Part shown: piece by piece, positions 26,439 through 35,605 of the stretch | Layout of the letters: every line of letters begins with the position of its first letter | Numbering within the stretch: position 1 is the first letter of the stretch | Translations under genes and position numbers: made by a program | Origin: Candidatus Moraniibacteriota bacterium | GTDB lineage: Bacteria > Patescibacteriota > Minisyncoccia > Moranbacterales > UBA1568 | NCBI GenBank assembly: GCA_008012175.1 | Contig: SSEF01000001.1 | Location: 25,061-89,060, forward strand | Direction of reading: 5' to 3' | Length of the DNA: 64,000 nt | The notes under the pieces: model-generated | Told to the model about the DNA's origin: nothing | Database searches by the model: none | The model's input: the letters and a program-made list of their open reading frames with translations, nothing else

Positions 26439-28475
26439 ATGTCTCCTCTTCCTGACGACAATCCCATAACCGTTTTTGCCAAAACGAATTTCCGCAACCA
26501 GGAGCGGGTCTTCGGTATCAAGGCTGACGATCGCCGTCGGCATATGTATGTCATCGGCAAGACCGGCATGGGGAAAACAAATCTTCTCGAGAACTTGGCG
26601 ATTCAGGATATCCAGCAGGGCCACGGTATTTGCTTCATTGATCCGCATGGCGATGTCGCGCTGAAGCTCATCAAGGCAATTCCGCCGGAGCGCATCAATG
26701 ACGTTATCTATTTTGATCCGGCAGATCAGGCTTTCCCGATCGCGTTCAATGTGCTCGAACAGGTCGGTCCGGACCAGCGCTCTCTGGTCGCCTCGGGACT
26801 CGTCGGCGTTTTCAAGAAGATCTGGGCCGATTCGTGGGGGCCGCGGCTCGAATATATCTTACGGAACGCTATCCTCGCGCTTCTCGAATATCCAGGGTCG
26901 AGCCTGCTCGGGGTCATGCGCATCCTTGTCGATAAATCGTACCGCGAACGTGTCATGGAGAAAGTGACCGATCCGGTCGTGAAGCAATTCTGGACTGTGG
27001 AATTTGCTGGCTGGAACGAGCGTGTATTGCAGGAGGTCATATCGCCGATTCAGAACAAGGTCGGCCAGTTTACGTCAAATAGCCTGATTCGCAACATCAT
27101 CGGCCAGGCGACGAGCGCATTTGATGTGCGTCAGATTATGGATGAGAAGAAGATTCTCATTATGAATCTTGCCAAGGGGAAAATTGGGGAAGACTCCAGC
27201 GCGCTTCTTGGTGCGATGATGATCACCAAGATCCAACTGGCCGCTATGGGCCGGGTGGATCTGCCAGAGGAGGACCGGAAGGATTTCTACCTCTATGTCG
27301 ACGAATTCCAGAACTTCGCGACCGACTCATTTGCCAACATCCTTTCCGAGGCGCGTAAATATCGCCTCTCGCTCATCCTTGCCAACCAGTACATCACCCA
27401 GCTCGAGGAGCCGGTGCGCGATGCTATTTTTGGTAATGCTGGAACGATCATCTCATTCCGTGTCGGGGCGGCTGATGCCGAATTCCTCGAGAAGGAGTTC
27501 GAGCCGGTCTTTATGATGAATGACATGGTGAATCTTCCCAAGTATCAGATTTACCTGAAACTCATGATCGACGGCATTGCGGGCGATGCCTTTTCGGCAA
27601 CCACGCTGCCACCTATCCTTATCGAGACACCCGGTATCAATGACAAGGTGATCGCGGTCACGCGCGAACGTTACGCATCATCACAGGCTGAAGTGGAAGA
27701 GAAAATTCGCCGCTGGACCGGGATGCTGACCGAAGAGGAGAAGCAGGCGCTACGAGCCCCCCGTCCCGCAGCTGATCCCGTTCCTCGCGCCGCCGTTTCA
27801 TCGTCTCGTGAAAGAGTGCCGCTTCGCGGGGCTGAAGCGATCGTGAAGCGGGAGCGGACAACAGTGCCGATCGAGTCCGTCCGTCCGGTGAAAATTCCAA
27901 AGCCGAAAATGGCAGCGGTTCCTCAAAAGACAGCCCTTTCTTCCGTATCCGACCAGCATTTGTCAGCAACAACCGTCGCAGAAGCGCCGAGGAGTCCGAT
28001 GCCCGTCCCGAAAGTCGCTGCATTTGATGGGGCGGATCGGTCTCAGGAATCAGCCGAGACATCGCCCGTTGCTGCAGTTCCTGAAAAAGTACTCTATCCG
28101 TCCGTTTGTGCAACATGTGGCATTGAAATCGAGGTGCCGTTTCAGCCTGACGCCTCGAGACCGACATTTTGTAAGGATTGTCTCCGCGATTATCAGCGGG
28201 CCGTGGCGCGCGAACGCAATCAGGAGGTGAACCGTCGGGAGCGATCCCTTTCGCCGCCGCACGGTTCAGACCGCCAGCCGAAGGAACGATATCGCCATAA
28301 GCGCACCTCGGAGCTCCGGGCCTATGCTCCATCTGAGCAGCCAATGAAGCTGTCTCAAACCCAATATATTGAACCCAAGAAATTCAAGGCGCTTCGGAAG
28401 AAGCCGGACATCAATGTCAGCGCCGTCCGAGCGCTCATCGATGGTGCGCGTCAAGGGAAGGATATTCAAGCTTGA
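26439..28475 (+). CDS. HerA/FtsK/VirD4-superfamily P-loop ATPase (DUF87/TraG-like) with a disordered tail and a C-terminal CxxC-x17-CxxC zinc ribbon
   Basis: Walker A YVIGKTGMGKTN, Walker B LYVDEFQNF and ARKYRLSLILANQY (RKYG..L.L..Q family motif). C-terminus CATCGIEIEVPFQPDASRPTFCKDC. Confidence 0.7.
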   Translation: MSPLPDDNPITVFAKTNFRNQERVFGIKADDRRRHMYVIGKTGMGKTNLLENLAIQDIQQGHGICFIDPHGDVALKLIKAIPPERINDVIYFDPADQAFPIAFNVLEQVGPDQRSLVASGLVGVFKKIWADSWGPRLEYILRNAILALLEYPGSSLLGVMRILVDKSYRERVMEKVTDPVVKQFWTVEFAGWNERVLQEVISPIQNKVGQFTSNSLIRNIIGQATSAFDVRQIMDEKKILIMNLAKGKIGEDSSALLGAMMITKIQLAAMGRVDLPEEDRKDFYLYVDEFQNFATDSFANILSEARKYRLSLILANQYITQLEEPVRDAIFGNAGTIISFRVGAADAEFLEKEFEPVFMMNDMVNLPKYQIYLKLMIDGIAGDAFSATTLPPILIETPGINDKVIAVTRERYASSQAEVEEKIRRWTGMLTEEEKQALRAPRPAADPVPRAAVSSSRERVPLRGAEAIVKRERTTVPIESVRPVKIPKPKMAAVPQKTALSSVSDQHLSATTVAEAPRSPMPVPKVAAFDGADRSQESAETSPVAAVPEKVLYPSVCATCGIEIEVPFQPDASRPTFCKDCLRDYQRAVARERNQEVNRRERSLSPPHGSDRQPKERYRHKRTSELRAYAPSEQPMKLSQTQYIEPKKFKALRKKPDINVSAVRALIDGARQGKDIQA

Positions 28476-28554
28476 TTTCGGTCGATTTTCTGGTAGGCTA
28501 GATGTCTGATGCGATGCTCGATCATGCTTGGCATTGGACACCAACCGCCTACTT

Positions 28555-29628
28555 ATGCCAGGAAAAATTTCGGAAAAGGTTGCCATCCTTGTCTCCGGCG
28601 GCGTCGATAGTTCGGTCGCGCTGGCTCTCCTCAAAGAGGCAGGTTTTGATGTGACTGCGTTCTATATAAAAATCTGGCTTGAGGATGAGTTGGCGTTTCT
28701 CGGCGATTGCCCTTGGGAAGAGGACCTCGCCTTCGTTCGGGTCGTGACGGAAAGGCTCGGCGTTCCGCTCGAGATCGTGCCGCTCCAGAAAGAGTATTGG
28801 GATCGCGTGGTGGCAGAAGCGATCAACGAGGTGAAGGTCGGCCGGACGCCAAATCCTGATATGCTCTGCAATAGCAGGATCAAGTTCGGTGCGTTCTATG
28901 ATGCGATCGGCACTGGTTACGCAAAAATCGCGACTGGACACTATGCCCAGGTGGAGGAGAAGTCCGGAAATTTCTTCCTTAAGAAAGCACCAGATCCCGT
29001 GAAAGATCAGACATATTTTCTCTCTCAGCTCTCGAAGAGCCAGTTGTCGCGAGCGATTTTTCCAATCGGTGAATATGCGAAACCGGAAGTTCGCGCGCTG
29101 GCAGAAAAATTCCAATTGCCGAATGCGAAGCGCAAAGACAGCCAAGGGATCTGCTTTCTGGGAAAAATCCCGTTCAATGAATTCTTGCGGCACCATCTCG
29201 GGATGAAACTGGGTCCGCTCGTCGAATTTGAAACTGGCGAGACGATCGGGGAGCATCCCGGATTCTGGTACTTCACGATCGGCCAGCGTGGGGGTATCGG
29301 GCTCTCGGGCGGGCCGTGGTATGTTGTCGGCAAGGATACGGAAACGAATACCGTCTTTATTTCGCATGCTGAGCATCGGGCAGAACGGGCAAGGGATCGC
29401 GTGCTCGTCCGGGATCTGAACTGGTTCAACGAACAGCCGGAAGACGGGGCAATGCTTTCGGTGAAGCTCCGCCATGGGCCGAAAGAATATCCGTGCCAGG
29501 TCCAGTGGCAGGACGATAAGACGCTTGAAGTATTCCTCCAAAAAGAAACCGACGCTGGAGTGGCGTCGGGGCAGTATGCGGTATTTTACCGGGACGACTA
29601 TTGTCTCGGTGGCGGCACGATCAGTTGA
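28555..29628 (+). CDS. mnmA: tRNA-specific 2-thiouridylase MnmA
   Basis: PP-loop VAILVSGGVDSSVA, DMLCNSRIKFGAF, QTYFLSQL and catalytic Cys (GICFLG). Confidence 0.9.
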   Translation: MPGKISEKVAILVSGGVDSSVALALLKEAGFDVTAFYIKIWLEDELAFLGDCPWEEDLAFVRVVTERLGVPLEIVPLQKEYWDRVVAEAINEVKVGRTPNPDMLCNSRIKFGAFYDAIGTGYAKIATGHYAQVEEKSGNFFLKKAPDPVKDQTYFLSQLSKSQLSRAIFPIGEYAKPEVRALAEKFQLPNAKRKDSQGICFLGKIPFNEFLRHHLGMKLGPLVEFETGETIGEHPGFWYFTIGQRGGIGLSGGPWYVVGKDTETNTVFISHAEHRAERARDRVLVRDLNWFNEQPEDGAMLSVKLRHGPKEYPCQVQWQDDKTLEVFLQKETDAGVASGQYAVFYRDDYCLGGGTIS

Positions 29629-30127
29629 TCAAATGCAGGATTGCGGCCTTCAGCCGATCAGAAGCAGCATGGTACTGGTCTTCCTGTCGTGCCGTCCAGC
29701 AGGTAATAAGGGGTCGCCGAAATAGATCGGCGGTCGCGTCCAGGATCAGTGAATCGACCAAGAAGCAGAGCTTTGATGCTGATGGAAGAGAATGCCATTC
29801 GGTACTGGCACAGCGAACGAATGTTTTGCCACTGATCTGGGCTGCCAAGGAAACATCGATACCCTGATCTGAGAGCTTCATGAACTCTGCGGCCGCGATC
29901 TTCATAAGGTCGAGGAACAAACTCTTCCTGATCAAGGATGGATCGCTGCCGGCCCCGGCCAATACCTCTATCCGGATGTCCTGAGCGAACTCGAGCCGCA
30001 GAAGCGGTAACCTGGGACCGTCAGAATCATGATCGACCGGAACGTATGCCGCGACATCCGTAAAGCTCTCCGGGTCGGTACGTGTTTTGAACCAACAAAG
30101 ACCGGTGGGAAAACTGGTGTAGTCCAT
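29621..30127 (-). CDS. Hypothetical protein
   Basis: ATG at 30127 preceded by GAGGAG 8 nt upstream. Convergent 8-nt overlap with mnmA. No recognisable domain. Confidence 0.4.
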   Translation of the reverse strand: MDYTSFPTGLCWFKTRTDPESFTDVAAYVPVDHDSDGPRLPLLRLEFAQDIRIEVLAGAGSDPSLIRKSLFLDLMKIAAAEFMKLSDQGIDVSLAAQISGKTFVRCASTEWHSLPSASKLCFLVDSLILDATADLFRRPLITCWTARQEDQYHAASDRLKAAILHLIN

Positions 30128-30226
30128 AGCATTCTCCTCAAAAGTGGTATAACGAGATGGAAAAGGACGATGGTACACTCATGCCTGGTTCGACATGAGA
30201 AAATATTCTACGATAGTATAAAAGCC

Positions 30227-31198
30227 ATGTCAATCAGAAAGGAAAAAATCATCTTCTTTGAGCGTCATCTCATGGATTTTTTTCAGAAGGCAGGCCGCTC
30301 TGAACTACCATGGAGGAAGAAGCATATCTCGGCTTACGAGGTGTGGGTATCGGAAATCATGCTGCAGCAGACCCAGGTATCACGCGTAGTCGGATACTAT
30401 GAACGCTTCCTGGAGCGGTTTCCGACAGTCGAATCGCTCGCGCAAGCGACTTGGGAAGAATTTCTTCCATGCTACCAGGGACTTGGATACTATGCTCGTG
30501 GCCGCAATATGCTCCGTGCAGCCCGCATGATCGTCGATCAGTATGACGGAAGGTTTCCGCGTGATACTGAGACTCTCCGAAAAATTCCTGGTGTCGGTCC
30601 GTACACGGCTGCGGCGATCATGAGTTTCGCGTACGGAGGCAAACACCTGGCTTGGGATACGAATCTCCGGCGGGTTATCGGGCGCTTCTTCTTTGGGAGC
30701 CGAACGGCAATGATTGATGAGGCATATCTTGAGGAGCGCTTTACCGTGGCAAGGAAGAAGATGAATGCAGCTCTCATGGATTTCGGGAGCGCACTTTGTA
30801 CGGCGCGTCCCAAATGTACCGCCTGCCCACTCCGTCTGCGGTGTATCTATGCACGGGAGAAAGGGAGGCATGAGGCCGGAAAAGCACAAAAAAGGACTCC
30901 AAAAGGTGACTGGTCGTCTGCGGAAGCGGTCATCATCCTTCATGACAGGCATTGCATCTACTATTCCTCCCTGCAGACGAAGTACGCGCCGTTCGTCTTG
31001 CCCGCCACCTACAATACGCGTGCCGGGATCAAGGCATACTTTGAAAAACGCTACGGACTTTCGCTCGCGGTCCGCCCTCCTCACGAAAGAAGAATAGATC
31101 GTGGTCATCCACGCATCTTCGTCCGGGCTCAGATCCTCCTCGGATCGCCAGTGTTCCGTGCGTTTCCATCGGAGAACATCCGAGGAAGAGGGGTTTGA
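30227..31198 (+). CDS. mutY: A/G-specific adenine DNA glycosylase MutY
   Basis: VSEIMLQQTQV, HhH-GPD element (IPGVGPYTAAAIMSFA) and a 4Fe-4S loop CTARPKCTACPLRLRC. NUDIX-like C-terminal domain. Confidence 0.8.
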   Translation: MSIRKEKIIFFERHLMDFFQKAGRSELPWRKKHISAYEVWVSEIMLQQTQVSRVVGYYERFLERFPTVESLAQATWEEFLPCYQGLGYYARGRNMLRAARMIVDQYDGRFPRDTETLRKIPGVGPYTAAAIMSFAYGGKHLAWDTNLRRVIGRFFFGSRTAMIDEAYLEERFTVARKKMNAALMDFGSALCTARPKCTACPLRLRCIYAREKGRHEAGKAQKRTPKGDWSSAEAVIILHDRHCIYYSSLQTKYAPFVLPATYNTRAGIKAYFEKRYGLSLAVRPPHERRIDRGHPRIFVRAQILLGSPVFRAFPSENIRGRGV

Positions 31199-31229
31199 TC
31201 AGGCAGTTTTCTTCGCCGCCTATCTCGGC

Positions 31230-31235
31230 TATACT
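31230..31235 (+). promoter_or_regulatory. Candidate -10 element TATACT upstream of the AI-2E transporter gene
   Basis: GGCTATACTGG 36 nt before the ATG at 31271. Confidence 0.3.
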
Positions 31236-31270
31236 GGAGACGGGGTCAGTTTTTACTGATGTAAAATATC

Positions 31271-32329
31271 ATGCAGGTTCGCCATCTCAATGTCTATTTT
31301 TTCTTCCTCATCATGCTTGTCGTTGGGGCGATGGTCTTTTTTATCTTTCAGCCATTCCTAACCGCGATTGTCGCTGCAACGATCCTTTCTGTGCTGTTTC
31401 GTCCGGCATACCATTCGCTCCTGCGGATGCTGCCTGGCCGGCCCGGTTCGGCATCGATTATCACATGCCTTCTGGTTGGGATCATCATCGTTACCCCCAT
31501 TCTCTCCGTCCTCTCTCTTGCGGTAGCCGAGGCAAATCATCTCTATCATACGATCGCTGAGGAGCGATCCTTCGCGAGTGTCATTGAGGTAGGGGTGAGG
31601 ACGGTCCAGGAAACGTCATTCGGACAGATCGTTCTCAAAGACTCGGCTTTTACGGTAGAGCGAGTGACGGAAGATATCCGTCAATTCAGCCAAAATGCCT
31701 TGGGATTGCTCCAAACTGCTTACCAGAGTGTGACACATTTCTTCTTCTGGGTTTTCGTCATGTTCTTCACCCTGTTCTACTTTCTCATAGATGGCGACCA
31801 GGCCTTTAGGCGGCTGATGCAGCTTTCTCCGCTCAAGACCGAACATGAGACGCTTCTCGCCTCGAAGTTCATATCTATTAGCCGTGCCACCCTGAAAGGA
31901 ACGCTCGTGGTTGGCGTGGTTCAGGGGATGCTTGGCGGCCTGGCGTTTTGGATTGTCGGCGTTCCGTCACCGGCGATCTGGGGATTACTCATGGTGCTGC
32001 TCTCCATCATTCCTTTGGTGGGATCAGCATTGGTCTGGCTTCCAGCGGGCATCATCCTCCTCTTGATAGGGCAGGTTTGGCAAGGTGTTTTCCTCCTAGC
32101 CGTCGGTTTTGGAGTGATTTCGATCATCGATAATATCTTGCGTCCGAAACTTGTCGGTAAAGATACGCAGATGCACCCCCTGATCGTTTTTTTTGCGACG
32201 CTCGGAGGCATTTCATTTTTCGGTCTGCCAGGCTTCATCATCGGTCCGATCATTGTCTCTCTTTTCATGGCGCTCGGTGAGATCTACGCCATTGAATTCA
32301 AGGGTCAACTTGCGGCATATAACGATTAG
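31271..32329 (+). CDS. AI-2E family transporter (PerM/YdiK-like)
   Basis: Eight TM helices and the conserved LNFIPxIG-type region (LLSIIPLVGSALVWLPAG). Confidence 0.85.
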   Translation: MQVRHLNVYFFFLIMLVVGAMVFFIFQPFLTAIVAATILSVLFRPAYHSLLRMLPGRPGSASIITCLLVGIIIVTPILSVLSLAVAEANHLYHTIAEERSFASVIEVGVRTVQETSFGQIVLKDSAFTVERVTEDIRQFSQNALGLLQTAYQSVTHFFFWVFVMFFTLFYFLIDGDQAFRRLMQLSPLKTEHETLLASKFISISRATLKGTLVVGVVQGMLGGLAFWIVGVPSPAIWGLLMVLLSIIPLVGSALVWLPAGIILLLIGQVWQGVFLLAVGFGVISIIDNILRPKLVGKDTQMHPLIVFFATLGGISFFGLPGFIIGPIIVSLFMALGEIYAIEFKGQLAAYND

Positions 32330-32332
32330 GCT

Positions 32333-33154
32333 ATGCATGCCCTGTGGCAGTCGCTGCCGCTTTTGCTTGATCCGATCGCGCTCCATATCGGCCCCTTTCC
32401 GATAACCTGGTATGCAGCGATGTATATTGCCGGAGTGTTTTTTTCAAGCCTGTATTTCATATCACTTGCTCGTCGCCGTGGCATCTTGGCAGATGCGGGC
32501 ATCGCGACTGAAATGATCGTTAGCGTGCTCTGGGGAGTCCTTGTTGGCGCCCGGCTCGGCTATGTGTTTTTCTACGGAGGTTCGGATTTTATCGTTGAAC
32601 CCTGGCGCATCATTTCGCCGTATGACTTCGAGCTTGGTGAGTGGATCGGCATCAGGGGAATGAGCTTCCATGGAGGCCTTATCGGCGGCGCGTTCGGTCT
32701 CCTTGTATTTGTTCGTGAGTCGAAATATAGCTTCTTCCAATTTTCTGATATCCTGGTCCAAGCAATTCCGATCGCACTTCTCTTCGGGCGGATTGGGAAC
32801 TTTTTGAATCAGGAAATTCTGGGTCGCGCTACCGAGACCCGTTGGGGGATGTATTTTCCAGCGTCTGGCCCGGGGCTCTTCCACCCTGCTACGCTTTATG
32901 AGGCTTTCTTCGAAGGCCTGATGCTCTTCGTCGCTATGCTGATTCTTGGGCGTTTTATCCGAACGCCAGGACGGCTCACGGCATTTTTCCTCTTCCTCTA
33001 CGCGGCGGTCCGTTATGTGGCGGAAAGCTACCGGGCTCTGCCTCACCCGGAGGACCTGGTTCTAGGGATGTGGTCTATTGGCCAGGCACTCTCTTTGGCT
33101 ATGGTGTTTCTCGGGGTTGCGATTCTGCTCTGGCCTCGAAAACGCGTGGTATAA
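32333..33154 (+). CDS. lgt: Prolipoprotein diacylglyceryl transferase
   Basis: GRIGNFLNQEILG signature and H...G motifs of Lgt. Confidence 0.9.
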   Translation: MHALWQSLPLLLDPIALHIGPFPITWYAAMYIAGVFFSSLYFISLARRRGILADAGIATEMIVSVLWGVLVGARLGYVFFYGGSDFIVEPWRIISPYDFELGEWIGIRGMSFHGGLIGGAFGLLVFVRESKYSFFQFSDILVQAIPIALLFGRIGNFLNQEILGRATETRWGMYFPASGPGLFHPATLYEAFFEGLMLFVAMLILGRFIRTPGRLTAFFLFLYAAVRYVAESYRALPHPEDLVLGMWSIGQALSLAMVFLGVAILLWPRKRVV

Positions 33155-33177
33155 TTCGGAAAAGACCCGCACTTAGT

Positions 33178-33555
33178 ATGGAAAAAAAACAAGGAATTGC
33201 ATTTTTAGTCGGCATGATGGTAGTGATTGGCGGACTCATTTGGTGGGGATTGGCCGAGGAGGGGATGAAGGAAACGTTTGATCAATCCGTCACGACATAC
33301 TTTTATGGTGAGGAGTGCCCGCATTGTCGGGATGTTCGAAAGTTTCTCGACGAGAACAAGGTCGAAGAGAAGTTCAGCTTTGTGAAGCGGGAAGTATGGC
33401 ATGACAGTGCCAATGCGTCGCTCATGCGCGAGGCGGCAAGTGCCTGTGCCCTCCAGTCGGATGAAGTCGCTGTACCATTTGTCTTTTCCGAAGGGAAGTG
33501 TCTCGTTGGTACGCCGAAAGTGATTGAATTCTTCAAACAAAAAGCTGGCATCTAA
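33178..33555 (+). CDS. Membrane-anchored glutaredoxin/thioredoxin-fold protein (CPHC active site)
   Basis: N-terminal TM helix; YFYGEECPHCRDV redox motif. Confidence 0.6.
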   Translation: MEKKQGIAFLVGMMVVIGGLIWWGLAEEGMKETFDQSVTTYFYGEECPHCRDVRKFLDENKVEEKFSFVKREVWHDSANASLMREAASACALQSDEVAVPFVFSEGKCLVGTPKVIEFFKQKAGI

Positions 33556-33791
33556 AATCCATGCGAGAAATCGTTCCTCCTACTGCGAAATCCATATCGC
33601 ACGCCAAGATGTTTATCGATGGCGTGGCTCGTGGTCGCGAGTACCGATCTCCGCGGCCTGGCTCGGCACCCCGATCGATTGTCTCCCCAGCAATGATACG
33701 GGCGCGGCGGCAGCTGGATGTCGTTCTGCTTCGGGAGCGTTCTGGCGCCAAGGACCCCTTTCTGAGGGTCAAGCGAGTATGGAAGAAACTT

Positions 33792-34550
33792 ATGCTTTTC
33801 CGCCGGCTCTTTGTCATTGCTCGCCGAATCAGCCGCCGACTCAGCCGATATGTTCCGGAGCCGGGAAATCTTTCGCCTAAGAAGGCTCTCTATGCTTCGC
33901 TCTTCGCCGGAGTCAGCTTTGGTATGGTGTCGATGTCGGTCATCCAGGACCTGAAAGGTGATGAGGTGAATGCAGGAACAGCGGTCACCGTCGCTCCGGT
34001 GGTTGAAGAGACTGAAGGGGAGAAGCTTGCCAAGGAACTTTCCGAGGAGAAGAAGAAATATGATCCAAACGACGACCTCTTCCTGCAGTTCTTCAGTGAA
34101 GCGGAAAAAGAGGAATACCGCGGGCAGATCGAAGAGCTCGTCAAGGGTTATCCGATCGAAGACATGCTCCCGTACATTCTGGAGAAGGACCGTATCGTTG
34201 CAGCGTTCCTCATCGGTATTGGAAAGAAGGAGTCGAATTGGGGGAAGCGCGTCCCGGTCCTCGATGGTCAGGACTGCTTCAACTACTGGGGATACCGGGG
34301 AGTGCGGCGGCTTATGGGAACGGGCGGGCATACCTGTTTCAATAGCCGAAAGGACGCTGTCGATACGGTCGCACTCCGGATCGAATCTCTTATCTATTCA
34401 TCAAAAATCGATACGCCAGCCAAGATGATCATCTGGAAGTGCGGCTACAGTTGCGATGGTCACAGCCGGGAGAGCGTGCGGAAATGGATCGCGGACGTCG
34501 ATATGTACTTCAAGGAACTGAATCAGGCCGAGGGCGGTCCAGGCGAGTAG
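33792..34550 (+). CDS. Secreted/membrane-anchored protein with conserved Cys-rich C-terminal domain (paralogue 1)
   Basis: Shares with 34755-35501 the domain GYPIE.M.P...I(G)IAKKESNWGKRVP...DCFNYWGY.G...GH.CF...MIIWKCG.SC..HS.ESVRKWIADVD.YF. Start uncertain (ATG 33792; upstream in-frame sequence is Arg-rich low complexity). Confidence 0.5.
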   Translation: MLFRRLFVIARRISRRLSRYVPEPGNLSPKKALYASLFAGVSFGMVSMSVIQDLKGDEVNAGTAVTVAPVVEETEGEKLAKELSEEKKKYDPNDDLFLQFFSEAEKEEYRGQIEELVKGYPIEDMLPYILEKDRIVAAFLIGIGKKESNWGKRVPVLDGQDCFNYWGYRGVRRLMGTGGHTCFNSRKDAVDTVALRIESLIYSSKIDTPAKMIIWKCGYSCDGHSRESVRKWIADVDMYFKELNQAEGGPGE

Positions 34551-34754
34551 TTCTTTTCTGATATTGACTTTTAAAATTTTCGTTGTGTAAATTAAACTGC
34601 TAAATCTGGCAGTTTTTGCCTTTATAGAGGCAAATTTTCCTTTATTTATGGGAAAAGTTCTTTGACTCGGAGGGTGAAAAATGCTATCCTCAGGCTTGCG
34701 TCCCAAAAATATTTTCCCCTATCGGATGCCTAATTTCTGAAAAAATAATCGTCC

Positions 34755-35501
34755 ATGAATTCCCGATCGACTACTCAGAAAAAACGCGAAAATGACGTCT
34801 TTTCCCGATCCTGCCAGGTGATCGGCCTTATTGGCATGCTTTCTTTCGCCCTCGGTCAAGCCGGTCAGGCTTCGAGCGATTCTGGAGCGGATCAGGGCGG
34901 CGATGTTCCCTTATCGCGAGTGAGTCTCTGTGATTGGCAGTATGATTATAATTTTTTCACTGGGAAGAAAGCTGAGAAGGGCGAGTCTTCGGTTCCTTGC
35001 GATACGGCTTTTGATCGGAACGTGGCGTCTGGACCTGGCACGGATCATGCACCTATTCCTCCGAAGAACGAGAAGTCCCTTTTTGAGGCTGAGCTTTATT
35101 CCATTGTCTCCGGCTATCCCATCGAGGCGATGGTGCCAGTGATCGCTGAATACGACAGGGATATCGCTGGTCTCATCGTCGGAATCGCTAAGAAAGAGAG
35201 TAATTGGGGCAAGCGGGTGCCTCGGACGGACGAAGGCGACGACTGCTTTAATTATTGGGGGTACAAGGGTGCTGGCGTGCGGGGTACTGCGATGGGTCAT
35301 GGCTGTTTCGGCGATCCGGCTGAAGCGGTTCATACGATCGGCAACCGCCTCCAGGAACTTGTCGCGCTTCGCAAGACCAGCGAGCCCGCCAATATGACGA
35401 TCTGGAAGTGCGGCTCATCGTGCGCGACCCATTCGCCGGAGAGCGTGCGGAAATGGATCGCGGACGTCGACCTTTATTTCCGTCAGATCGCGCAGCGATA
35501 G
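34755..35501 (+). CDS. Secreted/membrane-anchored protein with conserved Cys-rich C-terminal domain (paralogue 2)
   Basis: N-terminal TM/signal (VIGLIGMLSFALG). Same C-terminal domain as 33792-34550, including a 35-nt identical nucleotide stretch (34465-34499 versus 35435-35469). Confidence 0.55.
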   Translation: MNSRSTTQKKRENDVFSRSCQVIGLIGMLSFALGQAGQASSDSGADQGGDVPLSRVSLCDWQYDYNFFTGKKAEKGESSVPCDTAFDRNVASGPGTDHAPIPPKNEKSLFEAELYSIVSGYPIEAMVPVIAEYDRDIAGLIVGIAKKESNWGKRVPRTDEGDDCFNYWGYKGAGVRGTAMGHGCFGDPAEAVHTIGNRLQELVALRKTSEPANMTIWKCGSSCATHSPESVRKWIADVDLYFRQIAQR

Positions 35502-35579
35502 TCCGGCCTGCTACATCGGAGAAGTATCGCGTGACATCTCAGTGGTCTTGTCGGAAACCTGCTATCGGCATTGTGGTGG

Positions 35580-35585
35580 TATACT
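35580..35585 (+). promoter_or_regulatory. Candidate extended -10 promoter (TGgTATACT) for the DMT-like membrane protein gene
   Basis: TGG immediately upstream of TATACT, 20 nt before the ATG at 35606. Confidence 0.35.
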
Positions 35586-35605
35586 GAAGTTAAACAGATA
35601 CCCTC

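Noticed and set aside
28549-29541. 330-aa minus-strand ORF antisense to mnmA
   Set aside because: mnmA on the plus strand has unambiguous PP-loop and catalytic motifs. The antisense ORF is the usual long open frame opposite a high-GC gene.
33552-34331. 259-aa minus-strand ORF antisense to the first Cys-rich paralogue gene
   Set aside because: Antisense to a gene whose protein has a conserved paralogue; Arg/Ser/Pro-rich high-GC antisense-frame signature.
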